Shown: positions 1-9,475 of the stretch, piece by piece
How positions within the stretch are numbered: the first letter of the stretch is position 1
Layout of the letters: each line of letters begins with the position of its first letter
Source of the DNA: Candidatus Nitrosopumilus koreensis AR1
Lineage (GTDB): Archaea; Thermoproteota; Nitrososphaeria; Nitrososphaerales; Nitrosopumilaceae
Length of the DNA stretch: 32,000 nt
Assembly: GCF_000299365.1 (NCBI RefSeq)
Contig: NC_018655.1
Location: 390,001-422,000 of the forward strand
Reading direction: 5' to 3'
Position numbers and translations under genes: made by a program
The notes under the pieces: model-generated
Seen by the model: the letters and a program-made list of their open reading frames with translations, nothing else
What the model was told of the DNA's origin: nothing
Database searches by the model: none

Positions 1-332
1 TTCCGTTGTTAGAAAATACTGCATACATGATAGAGACACTTGGTTATGATGTTGTCACTGCAAAAGATGGTATGGAGGCAGTTGACGTGTATAGATCTGC
101 ACAACCTTCGATGACTTTTATGGATGTTAAAATGCCCAAGCAAGATGGATTTGATGCGTTTTTCAAAATTAAAGAGTTTGATCCTGATGCAAAAGTTGTA
201 TTGATTACTGCTTATAATATGGATGAGAAAAAGCACCTAAAAGCTAAGAGTATGAATCTCTTAGAAACAATAGAAAAACCATATGATATGGAAAAACTAG
301 AAACAACTCTTGATAAATATCTGAACTCATAA
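1..332 (+). CDS. Response regulator receiver (CheY-like) domain protein, 5' end cut by window
   Basis: GYDVVTAKDGMEAVDVY, MDVKMPKQDGFD, LITAY, EKPYD receiver motifs. The frame stays open to the window edge and the N-terminal acidic pocket is missing. Confidence 0.85.
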   Translation, partial: PLLENTAYMIETLGYDVVTAKDGMEAVDVYRSAQPSMTFMDVKMPKQDGFDAFFKIKEFDPDAKVVLITAYNMDEKKHLKAKSMNLLETIEKPYDMEKLETTLDKYLNS

Positions 333-1187
333 TTTTTTTAGATTTTTTACTATTTTGAATCGTTTTTCATAAAAATCTGTCACCTCATCTAAAAATGACT
401 GATACCATGATTTTAGATCTCTGTCTCCTTTTGTGATCAATTTGTACCATTGTTGATATTCCAGTGAAGATTTTTTTTTCTGAGGATTTTTTGAGATTAG
501 TAACTGTGTGTAGTACCAACATGAAATCTGTTCAGCCAGATCTGTTTCCTCAATATGTTCAAAATTATCAAGATATTTTGTTGAAAGGTATGTCAGGATT
601 TCGTATACTGGTATTTTTGAAATTTTTGTAGTTTGGATGTTATCTAAGAACAACCCTTTTGCTAACAATCTTAATCTGTACACCTCGTTGCCTATTGTAT
701 TTTTCAGATATTCCCATTTTCCAAAAATCCATGGTATCACGTCCTTGTATTTCTCTGCCATCATGTCGATCTCCTTGTTTGTTAGGTCTAAGACATCTAA
801 GCAATACAAAATACCATGTATTGATAGCCTGTATATGTTGGCAGGTGCCTTTAGTCTACTCTTTCCATCAATAACCACTAAACCTGTCTCGAGAACACCC
901 ATGGAATGTCTTCCTCGATCATCTCTACCCACAAGAAATTTTCTGTATTGTTTTTCTCTGGATCTAATTTTTGCAGTATCGTTTGCTAGTTCCACTTTTG
1001 CCATCCCCCACGTTGTCTGTGGACCGTTTATGGCAAGTACGTGAAGCATTCTTTGGATATTTTCGTGATGTTTGGGGATGGTTTTTTTCCTATATGAAAA
1101 TTCTCCATACATTCTTCTTGCAGTTGGTCTTGTGTATGTCTTGTATGCATAAAGATTTCCTAGTGTGCCTGGTTTTATTTCTGCCAA
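327..1187 (-). CDS. Hypothetical protein with possible N-terminal winged-helix region
   Basis: 286-aa ORF; segment MLHVLAINGPQTTWGMAKVE...IRSREKQYRKFLVGRDDRG...GLVVIDG resembles wHTH spacing. No family recognised with certainty. Convergent with the receiver gene. Confidence 0.6.
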   Translation of the reverse strand: MAEIKPGTLGNLYAYKTYTRPTARRMYGEFSYRKKTIPKHHENIQRMLHVLAINGPQTTWGMAKVELANDTAKIRSREKQYRKFLVGRDDRGRHSMGVLETGLVVIDGKSRLKAPANIYRLSIHGILYCLDVLDLTNKEIDMMAEKYKDVIPWIFGKWEYLKNTIGNEVYRLRLLAKGLFLDNIQTTKISKIPVYEILTYLSTKYLDNFEHIEETDLAEQISCWYYTQLLISKNPQKKKSSLEYQQWYKLITKGDRDLKSWYQSFLDEVTDFYEKRFKIVKNLKKL

Positions 1188-1298
1188 TCACACAACTCCA
1201 TCTTTGATCATATAATAATTTTATAGAGAAATTCTACGTTAGCATCCCACAAACAGCTGGACATTTTTTTATTTCATCTTTATAGCTGTGATGAGAAT

Positions 1299-1316
1299 CC
1301 TTCATGGCACCCCGCA
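1299..1316. repeat. 18-nt direct repeat copy 1 (ccttcatggcaccccgca)
   Basis: Exact match to 7278-7295. On the minus strand it encodes RGAMK at the start of a 27-aa ORF (1234-1317). Confidence 0.8.
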
Positions 1317-1361
1317 TTGTCACATCTATTGTGAAATATAAAAAAAATTTTCTGGTTTATC

Positions 1362-2396
1362 ATGAGCAAATTTACAATAGAACAAAAACATGTTTCTGAA
1401 AATAACAAAAAACACAGAATTGTTTCGTGTTTTGGTTGTTTTTCACAAATGGAAGTAAAAGAAGGTGTAATTGGATATGGTGGAGATTTTTTCCATCCAC
1501 AATGTTGGAAGGATTTTGAAAAATCTTCTACGGTAACATCTGATCTTAAAACCGGCCAAAAGAAAATTCTGATTATTGGTTTAGGTGAAATTGGATATAC
1601 TAATGCACAATACATGTCAGAAATTGGACTTTGGGTAGATGGCTATGACATTAATCCAGAAACCATGCAACGAGCACTAGATGAAAATGTAATCAAAGAA
1701 AAGGCTGAGAGTTTTTCTGGCTATGATTATTATCTAATCTGCATCTCGACACACAAACCTGAAAACATGTTTGTGCCTTATCTTGATGGTGTATATGAAA
1801 CCGCATATAGGTTACTAAAAGAAGCAAAAAATGGAGCACTATTAGGAATTGATAGTACAGTTCCACAAAACACAACCAGGAAAATCCTAGAAATTCTTAA
1901 CCATAAATTACACGTTGTTCATGTTCCACACAGATACTATAAACATGAAAAAGATGAACATGGTGTACAACAAGAACGCGTAATTGGAGCTTGTGAACAA
2001 TGCTGTTTAGATGCAGGACGCAAATTTTACGGTCATGTACTACGAATCCCATTACATATTGCAAACACTCCTGATGTTGCAGAACTGACAAAAATCGTAG
2101 AAAACTCGTATCGTTATGTCCAAATTGCTTTTTCAGAGGAAATGAAAATACTTTGTGACAATATTGGTGTCGACTTTGACGAACTTCGAAATTCGGTAAA
2201 CACAAAATGGAATATTGACATGCTTCAAGCTATTGATGGTATTGGAGGGCATTGTCTTCCAAAAGATAGCCAAATGGTGCTTGATTTGTCAAAACAATAT
2301 GTTCCAAACAGCATCATTGAGTCATCAAAGAAAGTAGATTCCAGATACAGGATGCATATCAAAAACAAAACACTTCTTCCCACTAACTCGGCATGA
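1362..2396 (+). CDS. UDP-glucose/GDP-mannose dehydrogenase-like protein with Cys/His-rich N-terminal extension
   Basis: Rossmann motif ILIIGLGEIGYTNAQYM...VDGYDINPE; catalytic-Cys motif GIGGHCLPKDSQM; N-terminal CFGC...FFHPQC. Confidence 0.8.
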   Translation: MSKFTIEQKHVSENNKKHRIVSCFGCFSQMEVKEGVIGYGGDFFHPQCWKDFEKSSTVTSDLKTGQKKILIIGLGEIGYTNAQYMSEIGLWVDGYDINPETMQRALDENVIKEKAESFSGYDYYLICISTHKPENMFVPYLDGVYETAYRLLKEAKNGALLGIDSTVPQNTTRKILEILNHKLHVVHVPHRYYKHEKDEHGVQQERVIGACEQCCLDAGRKFYGHVLRIPLHIANTPDVAELTKIVENSYRYVQIAFSEEMKILCDNIGVDFDELRNSVNTKWNIDMLQAIDGIGGHCLPKDSQMVLDLSKQYVPNSIIESSKKVDSRYRMHIKNKTLLPTNSA

Positions 2397-3124
2397 ACAT
2401 CAAAATTGCCGGTGCTATTTCTACTGGACTAATCATAGTTTTAGCAGTTGTATTGGTTATGCCTCCTTTCTTGTCATACCAATTTACACCTCAGCATGTA
2501 TTACTTCTATTTACTATTGATTCGAAAAAAGACACATCGTCTTGGTGTACACAACTATCTCAAGTTTTAGAAAAACATGACGCAACAGCAGCCATCTTTT
2601 TGTCAGGAAGTACTGCAGAACAACATCCTGACTGCATAACATCTTTTTCTGATGAAATTGATATTGGAAGCCAGGGCTATACTGGTAATTCTATTCCTCT
2701 TATACCTGATTACTCTGACCAACTAGAGGAGGTTAAAAAAGGAAAACAAGTAATTGATGAAATTGGAAATTTTGATTCCAAACTGTTCAAATCCCCCTAT
2801 GGAGATACTGATCAAAATATTTACTCTCTTCTTGAAAAATCTGGAATTTTAGCTGATTTTTCTTATGATACGCAATACAATAAATTCCATAATGGGCAAT
2901 TTATCTGGTTTACAATCGAGTCATACGATGCAAATTCATTTAGTATTGATGACATTCCAACAAAAAGTTCAGAACGCATTAACCCTATAATAATTAATTT
3001 TGAAAACAACATCGCTATAGATGAAATTGATGATCTTTTATCTGATGTAAAAAAACAACGAGTCACATTCGTTAGCGCTTCGGATTTGGTTGGCTTTGAA
3101 CTAAACTCGATGGAGGGATTATAA
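2393..3124 (+). CDS. Divergent polysaccharide deacetylase (NodB)-like membrane-anchored/secreted protein
   Basis: N-terminal TM/signal segment; HVLLLFTID...GNFDSKLFKSPYGDTDQNIYSLLEKSGILADFSYDTQ resembles the NodB fold. Overlaps the upstream CDS by 4 nt. Confidence 0.6.
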   Translation: MNIKIAGAISTGLIIVLAVVLVMPPFLSYQFTPQHVLLLFTIDSKKDTSSWCTQLSQVLEKHDATAAIFLSGSTAEQHPDCITSFSDEIDIGSQGYTGNSIPLIPDYSDQLEEVKKGKQVIDEIGNFDSKLFKSPYGDTDQNIYSLLEKSGILADFSYDTQYNKFHNGQFIWFTIESYDANSFSIDDIPTKSSERINPIIINFENNIAIDEIDDLLSDVKKQRVTFVSASDLVGFELNSMEGL

Positions 3125-3125
3125 C

Positions 3126-4565
3126 ATGTCTGAGCTAGTACAAATCCCTAACAAAACAAACCAAAAAGTTACCTCTGATGGAAAAATACATGTCGAACAG
3201 AAAGGCTGGCTAGTTAGAATACCTACTTTGATTGGTATTTTGTGTACCATGTTCTATACTGCCTACCTGGGAATTGAATTCGGTCAACCATTGATTGTTT
3301 TTTCAGTAATCCTTCCACTGCACTCTTTTCTAATTTTACTGGTTGGGTGGTTTTTTTACAAAAACCCTGCACATCATAGCAAAATTGACAATGCCTTGAT
3401 TTCTGTAATTGTTCCTGTCTACAATCAACAAAACATGATTGACAAGGTTCTAGATGCGATATTTGCCTCTACCTATTCTAACATAGAAGTGGTGGCAGTC
3501 AATGATGGTAGTACCGATAAGAGTTTAAACAAATTACGTAAACTTGAAAAAAAATACCCTAAACTACGAGTATTGAACAAAAAGAATGAAGGTAAAAGAA
3601 AAGCAATTGCTGATGGCTTTAAAATCTCTAAAGGGGATTATTTTGTTCTAATTGATTCTGATAGTATTATTGATAAATACGCCATTGAAGAATTTGATAA
3701 AGCATTTGCAAAAGATTCCAAAGTGGGTTCACTGGTAGGACATGCAAAAGTTTGGAACGCTGAAAAGAATCTCTTAACCCGATTTCAAGATGTATGGTAT
3801 GATTATTTCTTTAACATACGAAAGACAACTGAAAGTACATTTGGCACTGTTTTATGCTGTTCGGGTTGCTTGGCAGCATATAGACGAGAAGCTTTGGCAC
3901 CATTTATCCCATTTTGGGAAAAATCAAAAATCCACTATGGTGATGACCGAGAACTTACATCATATGTCATTGCCCCTAAATGGGCAAAATCTGAAATTGA
4001 AAACCTGTATGTTGATAATAATGGAAATTCTCTTTCTACATTGACTCAGAAAACGATGAAGGCGATGTCTGAATATGATGATGCAGAGGACAGAGCCTTA
4101 ACTGCCCAATCTCTTTTCAACTGGAAATCACAATATGTCGCAAGCTCCGTGGTTTATACCGATGTTCCTGAAAAATGGAATATTTTTATCAAACAACAAA
4201 AACGATGGAAAAAAGGTACCACTAGAGTTAATTTCTTTGTAAGCACCTTCTTTTGGAAACGCAATCCGTTGATTGCATTGATCTTTTACCTTGATTTCAT
4301 GTCCATGTTTTCAACCCCATTGATCATGGTTACACTATTTGCATACGTACCAATAATATTGCAAGATTGGACACTTCCACTAATCTATCTACTGGGAATG
4401 ATTCTGCCTGGATTGTCGCATGGAAGTGACTATAAATTCAGAGATACAAAGTCCAAAAACTGGAAATTTAAACCATGTATGGATCTGGTTACGACATTTG
4501 TTACCTCTTGGTTAATATTTCCTGCACTTTGGAGCTTTAAGAAAAATGAATGGTTGACAAGATGA
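3126..4565 (+). CDS. Glycosyltransferase family 2, membrane processive type (hyaluronan/cellulose synthase-like)
   Basis: Motifs ISVIVPVYNQQ, VNDGSTD, LIDSDS, YGDDRELT, and QQKRWKKGT (QxxRW-type); multiple TM segments at both ends. Confidence 0.9.
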   Translation: MSELVQIPNKTNQKVTSDGKIHVEQKGWLVRIPTLIGILCTMFYTAYLGIEFGQPLIVFSVILPLHSFLILLVGWFFYKNPAHHSKIDNALISVIVPVYNQQNMIDKVLDAIFASTYSNIEVVAVNDGSTDKSLNKLRKLEKKYPKLRVLNKKNEGKRKAIADGFKISKGDYFVLIDSDSIIDKYAIEEFDKAFAKDSKVGSLVGHAKVWNAEKNLLTRFQDVWYDYFFNIRKTTESTFGTVLCCSGCLAAYRREALAPFIPFWEKSKIHYGDDRELTSYVIAPKWAKSEIENLYVDNNGNSLSTLTQKTMKAMSEYDDAEDRALTAQSLFNWKSQYVASSVVYTDVPEKWNIFIKQQKRWKKGTTRVNFFVSTFFWKRNPLIALIFYLDFMSMFSTPLIMVTLFAYVPIILQDWTLPLIYLLGMILPGLSHGSDYKFRDTKSKNWKFKPCMDLVTTFVTSWLIFPALWSFKKNEWLTR

Positions 4566-6976
4566 TCGACAAAAAATTATTTTTATTATTTGTTGGTGTG
4601 TTGTTGATTCCCAGCTTGGCCTCTGATGTGTTTGCTGAAAACACTGCGCTTCAAATCGAACTAACATATCCTAACGGTGACAGGGTCTCACTTGGCAACA
4701 CTAACCTTGTAATTGAATCTCAAGATGATTCAATACATCAGGAATTGATAGGAACGTCATCTGAACCATATTTTACCACTGAACTGCCAGTTGATTCCAG
4801 ATATGAAATTCTAGTATATGTCAACGATATGCTGGCAGGAACAAAGTATCTTTCATTAGATGATAAAACAGAACACCTAATCAAAATTCCAATAAATCCT
4901 TCTGTTGGGATGAAGTTTATTGCATATTATGAAGATGGCAAAACTCCCATTGAAGGTGCTCTCTTGGAATTATATTCTCATAATGGAAACTTGATCAAAT
5001 CTGCAAAAACAGATGCTGAAGGTAAAACCCTCAGATTTTGGGTATCTTCAACTATTGCCACAGGTGATCATTATAGAGTAAAGATTTCAATCTCAGATGA
5101 TCTAGTCTATGAATCCACAGAAATACGTCTTGGTTCGGGAAGCTCAGATTTTGACATTGTTACAAATTGGCCTGCTGTAGTTGATTTTATCAAAATAAAC
5201 AGTAACTTGGAAAATTACCCCAATCATTCTTATGAAAAAAATGTTGTTGCTCGAGTTTTTAATGAACAACTAGAAAAATCAGCAACATTTGTTCGTGATT
5301 CAGCTCACATCACTGAACTACAAGTAGGCAAATATCAAGTATGGGTATTTGAGAAAAACAACCCTTCACATTTGCTTGCCAATCAAACCATCATAGTTGA
5401 TGACAACTCTGGTCAGTATGATGTTTCTGTCTTGAACTCTTTGCCTGAATCAAATGTTGTATCCGAACCATCATTACAAGTCAATTCCAATCCTGATAAA
5501 TCAGAATTTTTAAATGATTTTTCAAATCTGTCTTGGACAAAACAATCTTCTTCAGGGCAACAGACTCAAAACATTGATGATAATCTCTTACAACTAGTAA
5601 CTGAAGGAAATAATGATGCTGTCTTTACCAGAAGTTCCTTTGATAAAATGGATCTAAGTGATAAAAAAATTACAATATCTTATTCACTTGATAATATTTC
5701 ATCACTTGAACAATTTTGGATTTATTTCTCGCATGATGACTTTGAGTCTTGGTATACTCACAAGATATCCGTTCCTAAAGCAACTGATGGCAAGTTGTTG
5801 ACATACACTTTCCAAATATCTGATTCAGACATTACTGGTGAGCCCGACATGTCTTCACTATCTCAAGTACAGGTCAGAATAAAAGATAATTCTGTTGGTC
5901 CTGTAACTTTGAATTTATATGAATTTTTTATTGAAAACACCTCCTCTGATCAAATAACTAATGTGGGATACTCTGATCTAGAAAGTTGCAACTGTGTAGC
6001 ATTTAGACTGGATGACATCCAAGACTTTTTCTTGGCCGACGTACAAATAGAACTGATTAAGACTTTTCAAAGAAATAACGTTGATCTAACAATTGGAGTG
6101 ATTGCAAATCAAATTGGAAAAGACATTGATCTAACTGACTTTGTCTCAAGTGTGTCTGATGCGCCTGGAATCGGGTTTGCAAATCATGGGTGGAACCATG
6201 ATGATTTTGCACAATTTGATACCGTGGGTCAGGAGATGTTGATATTAAGATCCAACAACAAGATTGTTGAATTGTTTGGGGTGGAACCAACTGTTTTCAT
6301 CCCACCTTTTAACAGCTATAATGATGCAACTGTGTCTGCGTTGTTGTCATTAGAGTTTACACATTTTAGTTCAGAACTTGATTTCGCTACGCCACCATTC
6401 CCACTTTCTGGCCAAACTTTGTATCATTTTCCAGAAACAGCGTTTACCGGAGAATTAAATGATGAAAGAACACAATTTGTTGGATTGAGTGCTGATACTA
6501 CCTTTGATCAGGTGACAAAAAGCATTAGTGAGCATGGATTTGCAGTAGTTACATTACATCCACAAGAATTCTCATTATTTTATCACCAAAACTATCAAAA
6601 CGATGTAAACTTTGCACAAATTGAACAATTGGAGATATTGTTTGGAAAACTAAATGAACACAACATTGACACCGTTTTGATAAGCGAAATAAATACCGAG
6701 CCAAACCAAAAATTAATTGTTCCTCAATGGATCAAAAACAACGCACAATGGTGGGTTGAAGACCGTGTTTCTACTGAGGAGTTTGTTAATTCTTTAGAGT
6801 TTTTAATTTCTGAGGATGTTATCCATGTGTCTCAAACAGAACAGACTGGAGTCTCGCATGAAATACCTGTATGGGTCAAACAAAATATTGAATGGTGGGC
6901 ACACGGATTTACCAGTGATTTGGAATTTCTAAATGCAACTGAATTTTTAATACAAAACGGTATTATTCAAATTTGA
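4550..6976 (+). CDS. Large secreted polysaccharide-deacetylase-domain protein with two C-terminal IPxWIKxNxxWW modules
   Basis: Signal peptide; NodB-like CVAFRLDDIQDFF, GFANHGWNHDDF, FIPPFNSYN, VVTLHPQEF; C-terminal VPQWIKNNAQWW... and IPVWVKQNIEWW... repeats. Overlaps the GT2 gene by 16 nt. Confidence 0.8.
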   Translation: MVDKMIDKKLFLLFVGVLLIPSLASDVFAENTALQIELTYPNGDRVSLGNTNLVIESQDDSIHQELIGTSSEPYFTTELPVDSRYEILVYVNDMLAGTKYLSLDDKTEHLIKIPINPSVGMKFIAYYEDGKTPIEGALLELYSHNGNLIKSAKTDAEGKTLRFWVSSTIATGDHYRVKISISDDLVYESTEIRLGSGSSDFDIVTNWPAVVDFIKINSNLENYPNHSYEKNVVARVFNEQLEKSATFVRDSAHITELQVGKYQVWVFEKNNPSHLLANQTIIVDDNSGQYDVSVLNSLPESNVVSEPSLQVNSNPDKSEFLNDFSNLSWTKQSSSGQQTQNIDDNLLQLVTEGNNDAVFTRSSFDKMDLSDKKITISYSLDNISSLEQFWIYFSHDDFESWYTHKISVPKATDGKLLTYTFQISDSDITGEPDMSSLSQVQVRIKDNSVGPVTLNLYEFFIENTSSDQITNVGYSDLESCNCVAFRLDDIQDFFLADVQIELIKTFQRNNVDLTIGVIANQIGKDIDLTDFVSSVSDAPGIGFANHGWNHDDFAQFDTVGQEMLILRSNNKIVELFGVEPTVFIPPFNSYNDATVSALLSLEFTHFSSELDFATPPFPLSGQTLYHFPETAFTGELNDERTQFVGLSADTTFDQVTKSISEHGFAVVTLHPQEFSLFYHQNYQNDVNFAQIEQLEILFGKLNEHNIDTVLISEINTEPNQKLIVPQWIKNNAQWWVEDRVSTEEFVNSLEFLISEDVIHVSQTEQTGVSHEIPVWVKQNIEWWAHGFTSDLEFLNATEFLIQNGIIQI

Positions 6977-7095
6977 TTGAATTTTTTCAAATAAAAAATT
7001 ATGGTGTTACAGGTTTTATGAAAAACACTGTAACACTACCATCATTGATCTTTACTTTTGATTTTCCAAACATGGGGTGTTTTGAAAGTTTCATT

Positions 7096-7296
7096 TTATG
7101 CCTCCGCAATTTGGAATCTGCTTGATATTGAAGCATCTTCTTGACACATTTCTATTTTGAAACATATCATGCATGTTCTGAACCTCTCGTCGTATTCCCA
7201 TTGATGGTTATGGTTGTATTTCATTACGTGCTTTACATAAAATGAATATTTATCATTCTTTGAAAAACTGCGGGGTACCTTCATGGCACCCCGCAA
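7096..7296 (-). CDS. Small Cys/His-containing protein
   Basis: 66-aa ORF with HNHNHQWEYDERFRTCMICFKIE (CxxC plus His). TTG start, or internal ATG at MKVPRSF. Confidence 0.5.
   Translation of the reverse strand: MRGAMKVPRSFSKNDKYSFYVKHVMKYNHNHQWEYDERFRTCMICFKIEMCQEDASISSRFQIAEA
7278..7295. repeat. 18-nt direct repeat copy 2, also the right part of an 11-bp near-perfect inverted repeat (7269-7279 / 7285-7295)
   Basis: ccttcatggcaccccgca identical to 1299-1316; tgcggggtacc-ttcat-ggcaccccgca stem with one mismatch. Confidence 0.8.
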
Positions 7297-7534
7297 TTAA
7301 TCCTACAATCTATTATATCTTCATACGTAATAGATAACATGCAAGTCCTACAAACAAACAAACGAATTGCCCTGACATCAAATTCATCCTCGTCTCATTC
7401 ATCTAAACTAACATGGAAGGATGTACAGGGACTTTCATGGATATTTGAAGATGATTGGTGATGCTTAATAATCACTTATCATAAAAATATTCTATGAATC
7501 AAAATTTTCTAATTTTATTTTGTGGTGATGTGAA

Positions 7535-8347
7535 TTGAAAATCATCTTCTTATTTAGCATGTTGATTATTGGTAGCTTGATTGGTACTGCACATGCTCAA
7601 AACACCTATGACATTAACATTCCTACTGGTGCCTCAGATCCTACTGCCCCCTTTTTTTGGCAAAGTGAAAAGGGTGGGGGCACAACAGGTGTAATTGAGA
7701 TAATTGTTGGTGATACTGTAGTCTGGAAGAATGCTGATACCGTTGCACATACTGTGACTTCTGGAACTCCTGAAACTGGTCCTGATAACATGTTTAACAG
7801 CGGCTTGTTTGCTCCTGGAAAATCTTATCCATTACAATTCAATGAAGTTGGTAATTTTCCATATTTTTGTACTGTTCATCCTTGGGCAGTTGGAGAGGTT
7901 ATAGTTACAGAAGGATTATCTGTGTTGCCTGATGTGGGTAAAAAAATAACTAATGGAGATTCCTCTTTTGATCTTGAATACAAATTTAGTCGATTACTTG
8001 ATAATCCTCAAATTAACGTTGACCAAAAATCAATCACTTTTGAATTGATAGGGCAATCACAATCCTCTGATCATGATCTCTTTTTGAAGTTGCCTTCTGC
8101 ACTTTTAGATGGGCCTTATGTGATCTGGGCTGATGGTGAAAAACTTGTTGATTTTGAACATGAACAAGAAAATGGACTCAATACTTTGCTGATTCCATTA
8201 ACAGAGAAATCAAAAACACTTACAATTGTAGGAACATATGTCATTCCAGAATTTGGAACCTATGTGATGATAGTTTTACTAACTGCCATTGCGTCTGTCA
8301 TAATGGTATCTTTCAAATTAAAATCAAACCTTATTCTACGTGTTTGA
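7535..8347 (+). CDS. Plastocyanin/cupredoxin-like copper-binding protein, exported, C-terminal TM
   Basis: Signal peptide; VVWKNADTVAHTVTSG...FNSGLFAPGKSYPLQFNEVGNFPYFCTVHPWAVGEVIV has type-1 Cu ligands (H...C..H). TTG start; C-terminal hydrophobic segment. Confidence 0.88.
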   Translation: MKIIFLFSMLIIGSLIGTAHAQNTYDINIPTGASDPTAPFFWQSEKGGGTTGVIEIIVGDTVVWKNADTVAHTVTSGTPETGPDNMFNSGLFAPGKSYPLQFNEVGNFPYFCTVHPWAVGEVIVTEGLSVLPDVGKKITNGDSSFDLEYKFSRLLDNPQINVDQKSITFELIGQSQSSDHDLFLKLPSALLDGPYVIWADGEKLVDFEHEQENGLNTLLIPLTEKSKTLTIVGTYVIPEFGTYVMIVLLTAIASVIMVSFKLKSNLILRV

Positions 8348-8450
8348 TTTTAAAATTAGTCAACTCGTAAACTGGAAATTTCACATGTGCGGTTTTGACA
8401 AACTTGTTTAATAGTATCATTTATCAACAAGAAAAATCAAAAATTTCCAA

Positions 8451-9290
8451 TTGAAATACCTGGTAATATTTTCTATATTTCTTGTAATGGGAACTGCTTT
8501 TGCACAAACCCCGTTTCGTGATACTGCAGGTTTAACACAAAATGGTATTGAATGGTGTGAGGAGAACTACCAATTATACCAAATGATGGGTAATGATTTT
8601 TTTGAGCATCATCACCATTCAATAGAATCCAGACTATGTGGGAATCTTTACAATGATGGTTTGTGGTTTTATACGGGATATGACAGATATCAAAAATTAA
8701 TTGAACAAAGTAGAATGTATTACAATTTAGAGATACAAGAAAGCTTTGTGGAATCTAAAGAAGGAAAATTAGACACAAAACCTGTAGTTGTTGAAGAGAT
8801 TCCGCAAGTGATATCCCAGCAACAAAAAGAATTAGAAAACATGAATAATGAATCTGAATCAAATGTGGTGGAACCTTCTACTTCAATTGAGCCAACATTA
8901 GATCAAAACAACGATTCTGACGCGGGAGGATGTCTAATTGCAACTGCTACATATGGCTCTGAACTGGCTCCTCAGGTACAACAACTAAGAGAATTTAGGG
9001 ACAACAAATTATTACAAACAGATGCGGGTTCATTGTTCATGACTTCTTTTAATGAGATATACTATTCATTCTCGCCTACTGTTGCAGATTATGAAAGGAA
9101 AAATCCGGTTTTCAAGGAAATAGTAAAGGTTGCAATCACTCCGATGATTTCTAGTTTGTCTATTTTGAATAATGTTGATATGGATTCAGAAACAAAAGTA
9201 CTAGGATATGGAATTTCATTGATCCTTCTAAATCTTGGAATGTATGTTGGAATTCCATCTGCATTGATTGTTGGAATTAGAAGAATTTAG
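8451..9290 (+). CDS. Secreted protein with CFI-box-like C-terminal domain and TM segments
   Basis: Signal peptide; GGCLIATATYGSELAPQVQQLREFRDNKLLQT matches the CxIATAxYGS CFI-box pattern. TTG start. Confidence 0.75.
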   Translation: MKYLVIFSIFLVMGTAFAQTPFRDTAGLTQNGIEWCEENYQLYQMMGNDFFEHHHHSIESRLCGNLYNDGLWFYTGYDRYQKLIEQSRMYYNLEIQESFVESKEGKLDTKPVVVEEIPQVISQQQKELENMNNESESNVVEPSTSIEPTLDQNNDSDAGGCLIATATYGSELAPQVQQLREFRDNKLLQTDAGSLFMTSFNEIYYSFSPTVADYERKNPVFKEIVKVAITPMISSLSILNNVDMDSETKVLGYGISLILLNLGMYVGIPSALIVGIRRI

Positions 9291-9475
9291 AATCAAAACA
9301 ATATTTTACAAATCAATTGTTCATCTAGTTTAAATTATCCATCTCAAACGTTCACTTGCCGTCATAAGGTTTGTAGGCATAACCTAGTTGGTGTATTCCA
9401 TACGGAATGAAAAACCTTCAATCTTTGTTATAGATTTTATATAAGTGAATTTTTGCTCTTACAGTGAAAAATCAA

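Noticed and set aside
9-236. Antisense ORF opposite the receiver-domain gene
   Set aside because: Fully embedded opposite a convincing CheY-like CDS; composition looks like antisense artefact.
637-1044. ORFs 637-1044 (+) and 971-1207 (+)
   Set aside because: Antisense to the longer 327-1187 ORF; no recognisable motifs.
7269-7295. tRNA or structured RNA at the GC-rich hairpin
   Set aside because: Only one 11-bp stem with a 5-nt loop; no cloverleaf elements. Overlaps a small ORF start, so recorded only as a repeat/hairpin.
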